A DNA stretch of 36,515 nucleotides, taken from UHGV virus genome UHGV-0074145; one strand, 5' to 3'. Source of the DNA: a virus. Of the stretch, positions 8,413-17,702 are shown piece by piece (position 1 is the first letter of the stretch; each line of letters opens with the position of its first letter). Position numbers and translations under genes: made by a program. The notes below the pieces were generated by a model. That model did not search any database. It was not told the DNA's origin and saw only the letters and a program-made list of their open reading frames with translations.

Positions 8413-10331
8413 CGTCCGCTTTCCTCCATGTATTTCGTGATGCCGGTCAGCTTATACGCGCCGACGCCCGAGACGCGGATGCGAAAGCTCTCGCATCGCC
8501 GCGGGCGGATCGGGATGGTGATGCTGCCGGTGCGCGCGCCGTCCGCACCCGCACGCGCCGCGCAGGAAAGCGCCTCCCATGTACCGCCGTCGCGGGAAAG
8601 CTCCACGGTCGGCAGCGCAGCGTCGCCGATTTCGAGGCGGATCAGCACACGCGAGACATATTTCCGGTTTGGCAGACCGTAGCCGATGCGCGGCGTTGTG
8701 AAGCTCCAGGGCATGTCCGCTTCTGCCGCCATACCCGGCGCAGACATGCAGATCGGATATTTGCCGTCCGTATCGCCGCGGCCGCCCGCAATGTACAGCT
8801 TGCCGTCCGCCGTTGCAAAGTCCACCGCGCCGCAGGCGTCCTCCGCGCACCACATGCCGCGCTTGGTGTCATAGACGTAGATCTCGCCGGCAAGCGAGAG
8901 ATAGTATTTTCCGTTGTAGCTTCCGGCGCAAGCCCGTACAGCGTCCGGTAGGCGCCCGAGACGGTCGGATACGCTGCCGATGGAGGAGGATGTGTAGCGC
9001 ATCACTGCATAGCGGCTCTTGTAGTAGAGCGCGCCGTCCGCCTCGCAGATCGAGCGTGCCGCCCTTTGCGCCACCCCGGCAATGTGCAGCGTCGTCACGG
9101 AATACGGGGGATAGCTGCCCGAAATGACATAGGCGCAGTCCTCTTTGAAAAAGATCGGATGCCCGCCGTAAGCAACCGCACCCGTGAACGGACCTGTCTC
9201 TGCGACGCCCGCATACCACGGGTCGGTGGAAATGCCCTGAAACGTGCTCCATTTTTTGAAGTCGCCGAGTTTGGAGCAGTAGATCTCGTTGACCGCTGCC
9301 GTTGAGCCCGCCTGCATGCCGTAGCGGCAGCCCCACAGGCGGTTGTCCAGCACGCAGACATGATCCAGCCGCGGCAGGTTGCTCTTTGTCCAGTTGTAGG
9401 TGCAGACAAGTGCGCTTGATGACGTGTTTCCGATTGACGAAAACACCGAAGACAGGTCGCCGGGAGCTGCCAGATACAGCATGCCGTCTGTGATCTTGAT
9501 CGGCGTATCGCCGTTCCATAGATACCCCGTTTCTCCGGTCAGTTCCGGCGCGGTCACGGCTTCAACGGGCAGCGTCTCCCACACAATGTTCTCGAGTTTA
9601 TACGTTCTGGAGCCCATATCGGTTTCGGAGAAATGGACGGTCGTCGCGGATGAAATATACTCTATCGTGCCGTTTTGTATCCGGATGCGCAGGAATTTTG
9701 TAAAGCTGTTCTTCGTTCCGGCTTCGCCATCCGTATAGAGCGTTGGTCCGTATACGCTGTCGTTGGCTGCTCTGCACAGTGCGGATTTCAGCGTGAATCC
9801 GCCCCGACCCATAATATAATTCACGGAGATGTATACATTCCCGTCGGCATCCGTTGAGATCCTGCTGTCCGATGCTTTATACTTGAATCCATCGTTTGTC
9901 AGGATCGTTTCGCTGCCGCTCACGGTCTCTGCCGTCTCCATTGCACCGCTCTCGCCGGTGACCGTGTTGTAATACTTCTGATCCGGGTAAATGAGGATAT
10001 TCGCCCCGAAGGCAACCAGACGCTTTTCGCCGTCGATCAGATCGGTCAGCACCTCGCGTCCATCGTAGATCAGTTTTTGCCCGTCCACATAGGCGAGCTT
10101 GTCCGTGCCGAGCAAACCGTTAGCCGGATTGTCAAGCAGCTTTGTAATCCCGCGTCCGCTTCTGGACGCGGCAAAGGGAAAGCTGTCGCTTCCCCCGTTT
10201 TTCATGTCCGAAAAATAGCTTTCGCCGTCGCTTGTGTCCTCGCCGCACAGATCGGTTCGGTCAAGACCGTAAAAGGTCGTCACCAGCTGCCGTTTCGCCG
10301 AGGACAGCATTTTAGGCTTTGGAAGTTGCAT
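8409..10331 (-). CDS. Tail nozzle / DNA stabilization protein (podovirus tail tubular B or P22 gp10-like)
   Basis: Start reassigned to MQLPKPK (GGAGAGG RBS), 640 aa. Beta-rich with propeller-like motifs (NRLWG, IYCSKLGD, IYVYDTKRGMW). Confidence 0.7.
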   Translation of the reverse strand: MQLPKPKMLSSAKRQLVTTFYGLDRTDLCGEDTSDGESYFSDMKNGGSDSFPFAASRSGRGITKLLDNPANGLLGTDKLAYVDGQKLIYDGREVLTDLIDGEKRLVAFGANILIYPDQKYYNTVTGESGAMETAETVSGSETILTNDGFKYKASDSRISTDADGNVYISVNYIMGRGGFTLKSALCRAANDSVYGPTLYTDGEAGTKNSFTKFLRIRIQNGTIEYISSATTVHFSETDMGSRTYKLENIVWETLPVEAVTAPELTGETGYLWNGDTPIKITDGMLYLAAPGDLSSVFSSIGNTSSSALVCTYNWTKSNLPRLDHVCVLDNRLWGCRYGMQAGSTAAVNEIYCSKLGDFKKWSTFQGISTDPWYAGVAETGPFTGAVAYGGHPIFFKEDCAYVISGSYPPYSVTTLHIAGVAQRAARSICEADGALYYKSRYAVMRYTSSSIGSVSDRLGRLPDAVRACAGSYNGKYYLSLAGEIYVYDTKRGMWCAEDACGAVDFATADGKLYIAGGRGDTDGKYPICMSAPGMAAEADMPWSFTTPRIGYGLPNRKYVSRVLIRLEIGDAALPTVELSRDGGTWEALSCAARAGADGARTGSITIPIRPRRCESFRIRVSGVGAYKLTGITKYMEESGR

Positions 10332-10381
10332 CTTTCCCTCTCCTTGTATGTAATTCTCCGACCCCGTCAAAATCGACGGGG

Positions 10382-10654
10382 TTAATCCGTCATGCCGCAG
10401 CCGTCGTCGGCATCCTCCGCCGTCGCGGGCGGCGCTTCGTAGGCAGGCTTTGCAGTTGCCTGCACGCCCGCTGCATCGGCAAGTCCCTCGCCGAGTATGT
10501 ACGCAACAACGGTTGCACCGGCGATAATCAGCGCCGTCACCTGAGATGCGACCGCCTCGCTGCCGCCGAAAGCTACGATCAGCATTGAAACAAACGAGGC
10601 AACAGCCATCCAAAACTTCCGAGAGGTCAGCTTCTTAATCCAATTTATTTTCAT
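10382..10654 (-). CDS. Holin
   Basis: 90 aa from MKINWIKKLTSRKFW, two TM segments, typical holin N-terminus, AAGGAG RBS. Confidence 0.8.
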   Translation of the reverse strand: MKINWIKKLTSRKFWMAVASFVSMLIVAFGGSEAVASQVTALIIAGATVVAYILGEGLADAAGVQATAKPAYEAPPATAEDADDGCGMTD

Positions 10655-10704
10655 TAGAACAAACTCCTTTTCCTGTAATTCAAATTTTTCGTGTTTTTCT
10701 TTAA

Positions 10705-11730
10705 TTATATCGCCGTAATCGTCGCGGTGCGCGTGGACGCATCCCACGCGACCTTGCAATGCAGCGCCTCGGCAATATATCGTGCCGGGATCATCATTGT
10801 GCCGCCGCCGACGATCTCCGGTGCAGCGTCCATCCCGACCGGCTTGCCGTTGACTTGCAGAACCGGGCTGTGCGTCGTAAGTGCAAGCACGCCCTCCTCG
10901 CTTGTCAGCGTCGCCGTGTCGGATGTCGCATCCCACGTCACTGTGCAGCCGAGCGCGTCAGAGACGGCGCGAACCGGCACAAGCAGCCTGTCCCGCCTGA
11001 TGTACGGCGCAGCAGGCATGTCCACAGTCTTGCCGTCCACGTTCGCCGTCTTGCTGCCTATGGTCAATTTTATCGTCTTTGCCTTGCGCAGGATCGCCGT
11101 ATCGGCATCGCACAGCGCATATGCCCAATCGAACGGGCGACCCTTCGGGATGTACACAAGCCCGTCGTTATAGCTTTCGCCGTAGGAATTTCTCGCGATT
11201 ATGTAGTTGTCGTCCGTGTAGCCTACAATGCAGACGGCGTGACTGTATGTGTTGCTCGCGGACAGGATTCTCGGCTCGATTCCACCGTTACGCTTTCCGA
11301 AGGCTCTGTCAACATCGAGCGCCATTACAATAGGATTACCAGCGTTGATCTCGGCGCGCACGTCGTCAAAGTCTCGCACCTCGCGGTATTGGCGCAATTT
11401 GAACCGTGCGGCGGATGCGTCCGCCTCCGGGTTGCTCTTGCGATACAGTGTCAGCCGCCTTGCGCATTCGGGGTTCGCGCACGGCTCGTCCCATTCGTAT
11501 GCCGGAATCGCGCCGAAATCGCGCAGCGCGTCAAGCCCATAGTGCAGGGTAAGCCCGCCGCCGTTTGTTTTGTAGTATCCGAAAACCGAATACGGCGACA
11601 GCGGAATCCATTTGTTTGTAAGTCCGTACAGCTTGATCATTTGCGCCAGCGTGCACGCAAAACCGACGCATGCAGGCGTTTTCCGCTGATTCCACTTTAC
11701 GCCGTCGGGCATAGGCAGGATGTGATTCAT
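10705..11730 (-). CDS. Papain-like (C1) cysteine peptidase with C-terminal copper-amine-oxidase-N/stalk domains
   Basis: NQ..TPACVGFA, HAVCIVGY and RNSYG catalytic motifs. Two repeats of the AAPxI..LVPVRAVSDALGCTVTWD type. Confidence 0.85.
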   Translation of the reverse strand: MNHILPMPDGVKWNQRKTPACVGFACTLAQMIKLYGLTNKWIPLSPYSVFGYYKTNGGGLTLHYGLDALRDFGAIPAYEWDEPCANPECARRLTLYRKSNPEADASAARFKLRQYREVRDFDDVRAEINAGNPIVMALDVDRAFGKRNGGIEPRILSASNTYSHAVCIVGYTDDNYIIARNSYGESYNDGLVYIPKGRPFDWAYALCDADTAILRKAKTIKLTIGSKTANVDGKTVDMPAAPYIRRDRLLVPVRAVSDALGCTVTWDATSDTATLTSEEGVLALTTHSPVLQVNGKPVGMDAAPEIVGGGTMMIPARYIAEALHCKVAWDASTRTATITAI

Positions 11731-12329
11731 TGCAGCACCTCCGACATGTTGTGGAGCAGCTCGGGCAAATAGCGCACGGTCGGCGCGGTCTTGCGCCAGT
11801 AGTCCGGCGATGTGATCACCTTCGCCGCCGTCAGCTTTGCAAGGTCGGCGTCAAGCGTGGGCTTTGCGCTGCCGATGACCTTTTCGCCTTTGAGGTACGG
11901 CGCACCGTCAATCGGCTTGCCGTCTTTTTCAATCTGGAAATGCAGATGCGCGCCGTAGCTGTCGCCCGTATTGCCCATATAGCCGATGGTGTCCCCGGCT
12001 TTGACCTTCGCACCCTTGCGGATGGAAGCGGGGATGCTACCGTACCGCAGGTGAAAGTATCTCGACACCATGCCGTCCCCGTGGTCGATGGCTACATAGT
12101 TGCCCTCGACATTGGCGGAATGGTTGACCCCCGTGACGGTCGTCCGCACGCCGATCACCGTGCCGTCGGCAATGGCGGTGATGGTCGCGGTCGTGTTGAA
12201 GCCGATATGCCGCACAATATCCACGCCCTTGTGCGTGTATGTACCGCGGCGCTCGCCGAACGGCGCGGTCTCGTAGACGTCGCCGTCCTCCTTGAACACC
12301 GGGCATTTTGCCAGCCCGTATTTACCCAT
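11727..12329 (-). CDS. M23 metallopeptidase endolysin
   Basis: HKGVD, YFHL and GNTGDSYGAHLHF motifs. Start MGKYG, 200 aa. Confidence 0.9.
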   Translation of the reverse strand: MGKYGLAKCPVFKEDGDVYETAPFGERRGTYTHKGVDIVRHIGFNTTATITAIADGTVIGVRTTVTGVNHSANVEGNYVAIDHGDGMVSRYFHLRYGSIPASIRKGAKVKAGDTIGYMGNTGDSYGAHLHFQIEKDGKPIDGAPYLKGEKVIGSAKPTLDADLAKLTAAKVITSPDYWRKTAPTVRYLPELLHNMSEVLQ

Positions 12330-12558
12330 TTTCGTGTGCCTCCTCCTTCTGCTCGAGCACCGTGATCCGGTGCTCATGGTCGTCAATCTGCTTGCCGTGG
12401 TGCGTGATGCGCTCCTCGTTGCGCGCCATGTTCTGATTCAGCGCGTCAATCGAGTATTTCAGCCCGGTGATGCTGGAATCCAGCTTTGCTATCGGTGTTA
12501 CAACGCTGATGATCAGCCCAACAAGGGCAATAATGCCGAGTACAATTTCCCATGTCAT
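12322..12558 (-). CDS. Small membrane protein (holin/XhlA-like lysis accessory)
   Basis: N-terminal TM helix plus coiled coil (DDHEHRITVLE), GAGGT RBS, first gene of the lysis cassette. Confidence 0.65.
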   Translation of the reverse strand: MTWEIVLGIIALVGLIISVVTPIAKLDSSITGLKYSIDALNQNMARNEERITHHGKQIDDHEHRITVLEQKEEAHENG

Positions 12559-12569
12559 GTTCCCGTACC

Positions 12570-14243
12570 TCATTTGATCGGTTCGTTTTTGGTAATAATA
12601 ACCGTACTTGCATCAGTAGGCGTTGTAAATGCAAAGTACAGCGCGCCGCCGCTTGCAAGCTGGTTATATTCAACCGTAAATACATACACATCGCCTTCTA
12701 ATGCGTAATTTAATACAATACTGGGCAAAGAAGATATATATGCTCGTTGTGTTATGTCTGTCCCTAATGAGTTGTAACCGGATAACTGATACCGGTCTTC
12801 GTTCGCAGCAAAATGCACACCCTTTACGCGTACAACATCTCCTATCACAACACTAATAGGATTGGATACGGTTTTGCCGTTCTGCGCAACTATCGCTGTT
12901 GACGATATTCTGTATCCGTTTTTCCACTGGTCGCTTGTCGGGTCGGCTAAATTTGTGTAAGTAGGTGCAGACGCATCCGCTTTTGCTGTGATCACTATGT
13001 TACCAGTCACAGATTGTATATAGACTTTGCCTTTCTCTTCGGGATACGATTCCTGTACATATGTTTGTCCTTTGATGTCGGCGCCGCCCATTGTTACAGC
13101 AATGTCTGACAGCCTATATCCGGCGTTTGGTACGATATCCGCAGTATATTCTTGATATTGCGTTGCGGATGTTTCGCCCGTTATCGTTGCATTTGTCTGT
13201 GACTTGGTGATGGTATAGGTGGCAATACCGGGCGTCACGGTTTCAGGCGTCCCGTCGATCATCGCCGCGCGAAAGGCGTTGATTTCTGCCGCCGTGAATC
13301 CGAGCGAGGCAACCCAGTTGACAACCTTGTCACGGAATGTCGATCCGACTGTCAGTGCGTTGATCTCGCCGATCAGCTGTGCCCACTGTACGCCGTTGCG
13401 CTTTTTCAGGTACGCAGTCCCGGCAAAAGACGACAGTTCATAGTCCTTGTCTATATTGCTTTGACTCATGCCAAGCAGCGCTTCTATGATGCATGCTACC
13501 GTACCGGTCCTGTCCATGCCGGCTGAGCAGTGGAAATATACTGGTGTTGTAGTCAATACACAATCGAAAATACACCGCAGTATCTCTCGCCACGCCACCG
13601 TGTTGGTAAGCGAATACCACACAAATGTTTCCGGGCAACAATATCCAATGTCACCGAGCGCAGAACTGTCGCGTATTGGCTCTTCTTTCTTTCCACGCAA
13701 ATCAAGTTCCATTCTGACACCGCATTCGCCCACAAGAATGGGTCGAATGTACGGGTCTGTCGGAAAGACATCGGCGCCGCGATATAACATGCCGTATTTA
13801 ATAGTCCCGCCGTCGCAAGCCCATCCGCCCAAATCGCGGATATTTTGCCCATATGTGCCGCCGTTTATCAGTCGCAAACCGTCCAATGGCTTCAGCGTTC
13901 CCGCCGTATTCGCAGACGAAAACGGCGTTTCTTTGTTCGGTATTTCGTTGTAATATGTAACGCCATCTGCAGCTTTCCCGATGGGCTTTGAATCCGCCGG
14001 GATGTTTGTCAGATATGTCTCGATCTGCGACGTGCTGTAATCGCTTGGATCATAAGTGACATCCGCAAGATAATTCCGCACCGATACCGGGCATTGATGC
14101 CATTCTACGGTTTCTTTTTTTGAAATCCCATCGACAGCTGATTGCATTTGCGTAAGCGTCTTTGCACCGCTTGTCCCTGCCTTTGCGTTAATGTGCTGCG
14201 CGAGTGCGTCCAGCTTGTTTTTTGTCACAACGACTTTATCCAT
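12570..14243 (-). CDS. Tail fibre/receptor-binding protein with protein-tyrosine-phosphatase-like domain
   Basis: 557 aa from MDKVVV. NIRDLGG, LYRG, ELDLR, HCSAGMDRTG (CX5R) and DYELS motifs. N-terminal fibre docking segment and Ig-like C-terminal repeats. Confidence 0.8.
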   Translation of the reverse strand: MDKVVVTKNKLDALAQHINAKAGTSGAKTLTQMQSAVDGISKKETVEWHQCPVSVRNYLADVTYDPSDYSTSQIETYLTNIPADSKPIGKAADGVTYYNEIPNKETPFSSANTAGTLKPLDGLRLINGGTYGQNIRDLGGWACDGGTIKYGMLYRGADVFPTDPYIRPILVGECGVRMELDLRGKKEEPIRDSSALGDIGYCCPETFVWYSLTNTVAWREILRCIFDCVLTTTPVYFHCSAGMDRTGTVACIIEALLGMSQSNIDKDYELSSFAGTAYLKKRNGVQWAQLIGEINALTVGSTFRDKVVNWVASLGFTAAEINAFRAAMIDGTPETVTPGIATYTITKSQTNATITGETSATQYQEYTADIVPNAGYRLSDIAVTMGGADIKGQTYVQESYPEEKGKVYIQSVTGNIVITAKADASAPTYTNLADPTSDQWKNGYRISSTAIVAQNGKTVSNPISVVIGDVVRVKGVHFAANEDRYQLSGYNSLGTDITQRAYISSLPSIVLNYALEGDVYVFTVEYNQLASGGALYFAFTTPTDASTVIITKNEPIK

Positions 14244-15249
14244 ACGCCACCTCGTCTCCGTCGGGGATTTGAGCAAGCACAAGCGCGGCAATCTCCGACT
14301 TGTCCGCATCTGTCAGTACATAATCACTGCCGGGGTCTCCTGTGTCGCCTTTGTCGCCCTTTTCGCCCGGCTTTCCGTCAGCTCCGTCTTTTCCGGGTGC
14401 GCCGTCTGCGCCATCGTTGACTGTTGCAATCTCCTCGCCGTCCGATTTGATCGTCGTCACCTTGCCGGATTTTGTGGCTGTGATAACAGGTGTATGCCCG
14501 TCTGCACCGTCCTTGCCGGGTGCACCGTCTGCGCCATTGTCACCTTTTTCGCCTTGGATGCCTTGCGCGCCTTTGTCGCCTTTCTCGCCTTTGTCTCCTT
14601 TTTCACCCTGGATGCCTTGCGCACCCTTTTCTCCGGGAGCGCCGGGGTCACCTTTATCGCCCCTTTCACCTTGAATGCCCTGCGCGCCGGTGTCACCCTT
14701 GTCACCTTTATCGCCCTTGACCTTGAGTGTCTCCAACTGCGCTGCGGTGAACATATCATAGGTAAATGCCGCACCGGTGTCGCCTTTGTCGCCTTTCAGA
14801 CTTGCCAGCCATTCGGACTCCGTTCCGTTGTAGCCGTGCTTCTGCGCAATCGCGTAGGCGGACAGATAATACCCCTTGAAGCCAGCCTCGCCGGTCTTCG
14901 GGTGATAGGTCTTCACCCACCATTGCACGAATGCGGTGTACGCCGCGTTGAAATGCTCGGTCATGTTGGCAAGCTCGGCATATTCGCGGTTGACCTCGTG
15001 CAGCGCGCAGACCAGCCGCAGCCAGTAGATCTCCGCGTGCGGACGCTTGACCGTCAGCGTCAGCGTCGCCGCCGTGTCGACAGTCGGCTCTGTCACAAGG
15101 TCGATCTCCGCCTGTGACAGCAGCATCACGCCGCTCATCAGCTCAAGTTCGAAGTTGTATAGGACGTTCAGCTTCCAGGCAAGCGGCATTTCGTTATCGC
15201 AATACGCATCGGCGATCTCAATCACCTTTGCATATGTCATCTCGTTCAT
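14236..15249 (-). CDS. Head-tail adaptor-like protein fused to a collagen-like fibre
   Basis: 337 aa from MNEMTY (AGGAGG RBS). SAYAIA..HGY.GTESEWLASLKG motif followed by Gly-X-Y repeats. Confidence 0.75.
   Translation of the reverse strand: MNEMTYAKVIEIADAYCDNEMPLAWKLNVLYNFELELMSGVMLLSQAEIDLVTEPTVDTAATLTLTVKRPHAEIYWLRLVCALHEVNREYAELANMTEHFNAAYTAFVQWWVKTYHPKTGEAGFKGYYLSAYAIAQKHGYNGTESEWLASLKGDKGDTGAAFTYDMFTAAQLETLKVKGDKGDKGDTGAQGIQGERGDKGDPGAPGEKGAQGIQGEKGDKGEKGDKGAQGIQGEKGDNGADGAPGKDGADGHTPVITATKSGKVTTIKSDGEEIATVNDGADGAPGKDGADGKPGEKGDKGDTGDPGSDYVLTDADKSEIAALVLAQIPDGDEVAYG
14330..14800 (-). repeat. Collagen Gly-X-Y coding repeats
   Basis: Repeated GDK/GEK/GAQGIQ/GADGAPGKD units. Confidence 0.9.
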
Positions 15250-15261
15250 ACTTCCTCCTTG

Positions 15262-15299
15262 AAAAAATGCGGCGGGGACGGAAAAACCGTCTCCGCCGC
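15262..15299 (-). terminator. Intrinsic terminator after the major capsid gene
   Basis: GCGGCGGAGACGG-TTTTT-CCGTCCCCGCCGC followed by ATTTTTT on the minus strand. Confidence 0.8.
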
Positions 15300-15317
15300 C
15301 TGATGCGCCGTGGAAAA

Positions 15318-16328
15318 TCAGAGCGTTTCGCCGCCTGTAACGCCGCCCGCGATCATGTGGCGGAAGTCCACGAAGCCGCCGGAGAAACGCGTGTATGCGT
15401 CCCACACGTTGTTCTTCGTGTCCTTGTCCTCGTGCGACTCGATCTCAAGCGAAACACGGTTCTGGAACACGTTGCCGTCATTCCGTTCGTTGTATTTCGA
15501 GTCGAGCAGGATAAACGGCACGGCCCCCGATGCCGGGATCAGGGCGTTGAGCGCCGGGTGGGTGATGACGTTCCACTGGCCGAACAGGTAGTTGAAGCCG
15601 TTGTTGGCTGAGCCGGGGTCTTTCTCCGAGCCGATCGCCTCAAAGACAGTCTTCTTCGTTGCGTAGTCGTTGGGGATGAGGATCGTGTCGGGCGCAATGC
15701 CGAGCTCTGCGCCGCTCTCATCCTTGACGTTCTGTTGCACGGTCGAGAGCTTGCCGAGCACATCCTTGGAAAAGGCATCGGCGTACATGTTGCAGTAGGT
15801 CTTGCTGCCCGACTTGTGCGTTTTGGAGAAGACGCACTTGCCGTCGTAGCAGGTCGTGGCATAGTCGCGGCCGCCGACCGTGTACTTGTCCTTTCCGCCG
15901 AGCGCCGCGACGAGCAGTCCCATCAGAAAGTTGTCGATCGTGCGGTAGTAGCCGCTCGTCAGCTTGGTGGCCCCCGCACGCTGGATAATGCGCTTCATGT
16001 CGCCGTGCGCGTCGTCGATGATCTCGCGCGTGATCTGCATCCGGCTCTTCCAGGTCTCGTTTTCGATGATTTTCAGCTCGCGCTGCGCAAAGCTGTTCGC
16101 AGGGGGATTGCCGCCCTCTCCGACGGGCTGCATCTCGCCCGCCGCGGTCAGGCCGCCGTAGCCCTCCGCAAAGTTGGTCGAGGTACGCTCCGAAAAGATC
16201 TTCAGCGCAAGGCAGTTTGCCCGATCCTTCGCTTCCTGCTCCTCGATGAAGCTGGCAAGCGGGACCTGAATGTCGCCGTACAGCTGCTTAAACTGACCGC
16301 TTGCTTCCGAAATTGTGATATTCACCAT
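15318..16328 (-). CDS. Major capsid protein (HK97 fold, Mu gpT-like)
   Basis: 336 aa. PVGEGG, ITREIIDD, PDTILIP and RFSGGFVDFR motifs; follows scaffold and decoration genes and precedes a terminator. Confidence 0.85.
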   Translation of the reverse strand: MVNITISEASGQFKQLYGDIQVPLASFIEEQEAKDRANCLALKIFSERTSTNFAEGYGGLTAAGEMQPVGEGGNPPANSFAQRELKIIENETWKSRMQITREIIDDAHGDMKRIIQRAGATKLTSGYYRTIDNFLMGLLVAALGGKDKYTVGGRDYATTCYDGKCVFSKTHKSGSKTYCNMYADAFSKDVLGKLSTVQQNVKDESGAELGIAPDTILIPNDYATKKTVFEAIGSEKDPGSANNGFNYLFGQWNVITHPALNALIPASGAVPFILLDSKYNERNDGNVFQNRVSLEIESHEDKDTKNNVWDAYTRFSGGFVDFRHMIAGGVTGGETL

Positions 16329-16349
16329 GTTTTGTTCACTCCCTTCAAA

Positions 16350-16748
16350 TTACGATGAGGTCGTAGGATCTGCATCCACCACGCGGAAGATGACGAGATC
16401 GCCGACCGCCTTGCCGTCAAACGATGCGACCTCCAGACAGCCGCCCGCAGCGGCGCCGACGGATGCCGCATCCGTATGCAGCTTGAACTTTTTGCCGATG
16501 CCGATGGTCGATGCGGCAGCGCCCAGCGGCGCGATCAGCACCGTGTCCTCCGTAATCTCGCTGACCGGGATCAGACTGCCGTCGCCGGTCGTTTCGATGT
16601 TGCTGATATAGCGCGGCTTGTCGGTCTCACCACAAAGGTCGAGACCGCCGCTCGCGCTCATTTTGAGCGCCGTGCCGACCTTGACCGCCTTGCTCGCGAG
16701 GAGCGGCAGATAGGTCAGCGCACCGTGCGCCTTCTGAAAAATGTACAT
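16350..16748 (-). CDS. Capsid decoration/cement protein
   Basis: 132 aa from MYIFQK (AAGGA RBS), small and beta-rich, located between scaffold and capsid genes. Confidence 0.65.
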   Translation of the reverse strand: MYIFQKAHGALTYLPLLASKAVKVGTALKMSASGGLDLCGETDKPRYISNIETTGDGSLIPVSEITEDTVLIAPLGAAASTIGIGKKFKLHTDAASVGAAAGGCLEVASFDGKAVGDLVIFRVVDADPTTSS

Positions 16749-16749
16749 G

Positions 16750-17685
16750 TTACTTTCCTTTCTTCGGTTGATATTTTTTGAATGCGGCAACCGCCTCCGC
16801 TCGTGTAGCGTTCGGGTGCAGCTGCCTGTAGTTTTCGAGCTGCCTGTCGCTGATGGTGTAGGCATCACCGACAGAGCCGGACGTCTTTGTCATGTGCGCC
16901 TTGGACGCAACCGCATTGTAAGCCGCCTGCTTTACCCCCTGCCGTGCGCGGTCAACCGTTGCCATCTCGTATGCGCGGCCGAAGGAATATCCTGCACCGA
17001 CCAGCTTCTTGATGTCGCCGTATTCTGGCAGTGCGAAGAGGTCATCGAAGGTCTTGACCTCCGGGTTCAGCCTTGTAATCTCGGCGATCGCCGCATCCAG
17101 CGACAGACTTTCCGCGCGGCGGTTGGCTTCTGCCTCGGCATTTTTCGCCGCCGCGATGGCGTCCTCGGTGGCTTTCACCATCGGGTCTCCGGCGATCGCT
17201 TCGCGGATCGTGTCCGGGTCAACACCGGCGCGCCGCAACTGCTCATCCGTGCGGCCCGCGTCCCGGTGCGTGATATAGGCGCGGAATTCCTCCGGTGTCG
17301 TCACTTTTTTGCCGGTTGCGGGGTCGGTCAGGTCAAGTGCGGCAAGCATTTCGCGCTGCGCATCCGTTTTTGCCGTGTCCATCTCGCGGGCACGGCGCGC
17401 GGCGGCCTGCTTGCCCCTCTCCGCGCGGCTCTGTGCCGCCGTGTCCGGCATCTGCCCACTTTCGGCATCGTCACTTGCGGCAGGGGCGGCGACCTCCTGC
17501 GCGTTTTCGCCTGCGGATGTGTCATCCGCCGTCGTGTCCTCGTCCGGCGATTTCTCGGCGACCGAAGAATGTTCCGTATCATGCGTGCTGTCTTCGGCAG
17601 GTTCGGCGACCTCCTGCGCGTTTTCGCCTGCTCCCGCGGGAGCCGTCACTTTGATTTCTTCGCCGTTTGCGTTAAAAATAGGCAT
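16750..17685 (-). CDS. Capsid scaffolding protein
   Basis: Acidic disordered N-terminus, helical body, located between portal and capsid genes. Confidence 0.7.
   Translation of the reverse strand: MPIFNANGEEIKVTAPAGAGENAQEVAEPAEDSTHDTEHSSVAEKSPDEDTTADDTSAGENAQEVAAPAASDDAESGQMPDTAAQSRAERGKQAAARRAREMDTAKTDAQREMLAALDLTDPATGKKVTTPEEFRAYITHRDAGRTDEQLRRAGVDPDTIREAIAGDPMVKATEDAIAAAKNAEAEANRRAESLSLDAAIAEITRLNPEVKTFDDLFALPEYGDIKKLVGAGYSFGRAYEMATVDRARQGVKQAAYNAVASKAHMTKTSGSVGDAYTISDRQLENYRQLHPNATRAEAVAAFKKYQPKKGK
17487..17631. repeat. 28-bp perfect direct repeat in the scaffold gene
   Basis: CGGCGACCTCCTGCGCGTTTTCGCCTGC at 17487-17514 and 17604-17631 (AGENAQEVA twice). Confidence 0.9.
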
Positions 17686-17702
17686 TCTGCTTCTGCTTCT
17701 CC

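Noticed and set aside
12570..15249. Diversity-generating retroelement or invertible tail-fibre system
   Set aside because: No reverse transcriptase, TR/VR pair, invertase or inverted crossover repeats noticed
8409..15405. ORF-track upstream starts (10613, 10936, 12386, 14309, 15405)
   Set aside because: The extensions overlap neighbouring genes and lack an RBS; downstream ATGs with clear SD sequences were used instead
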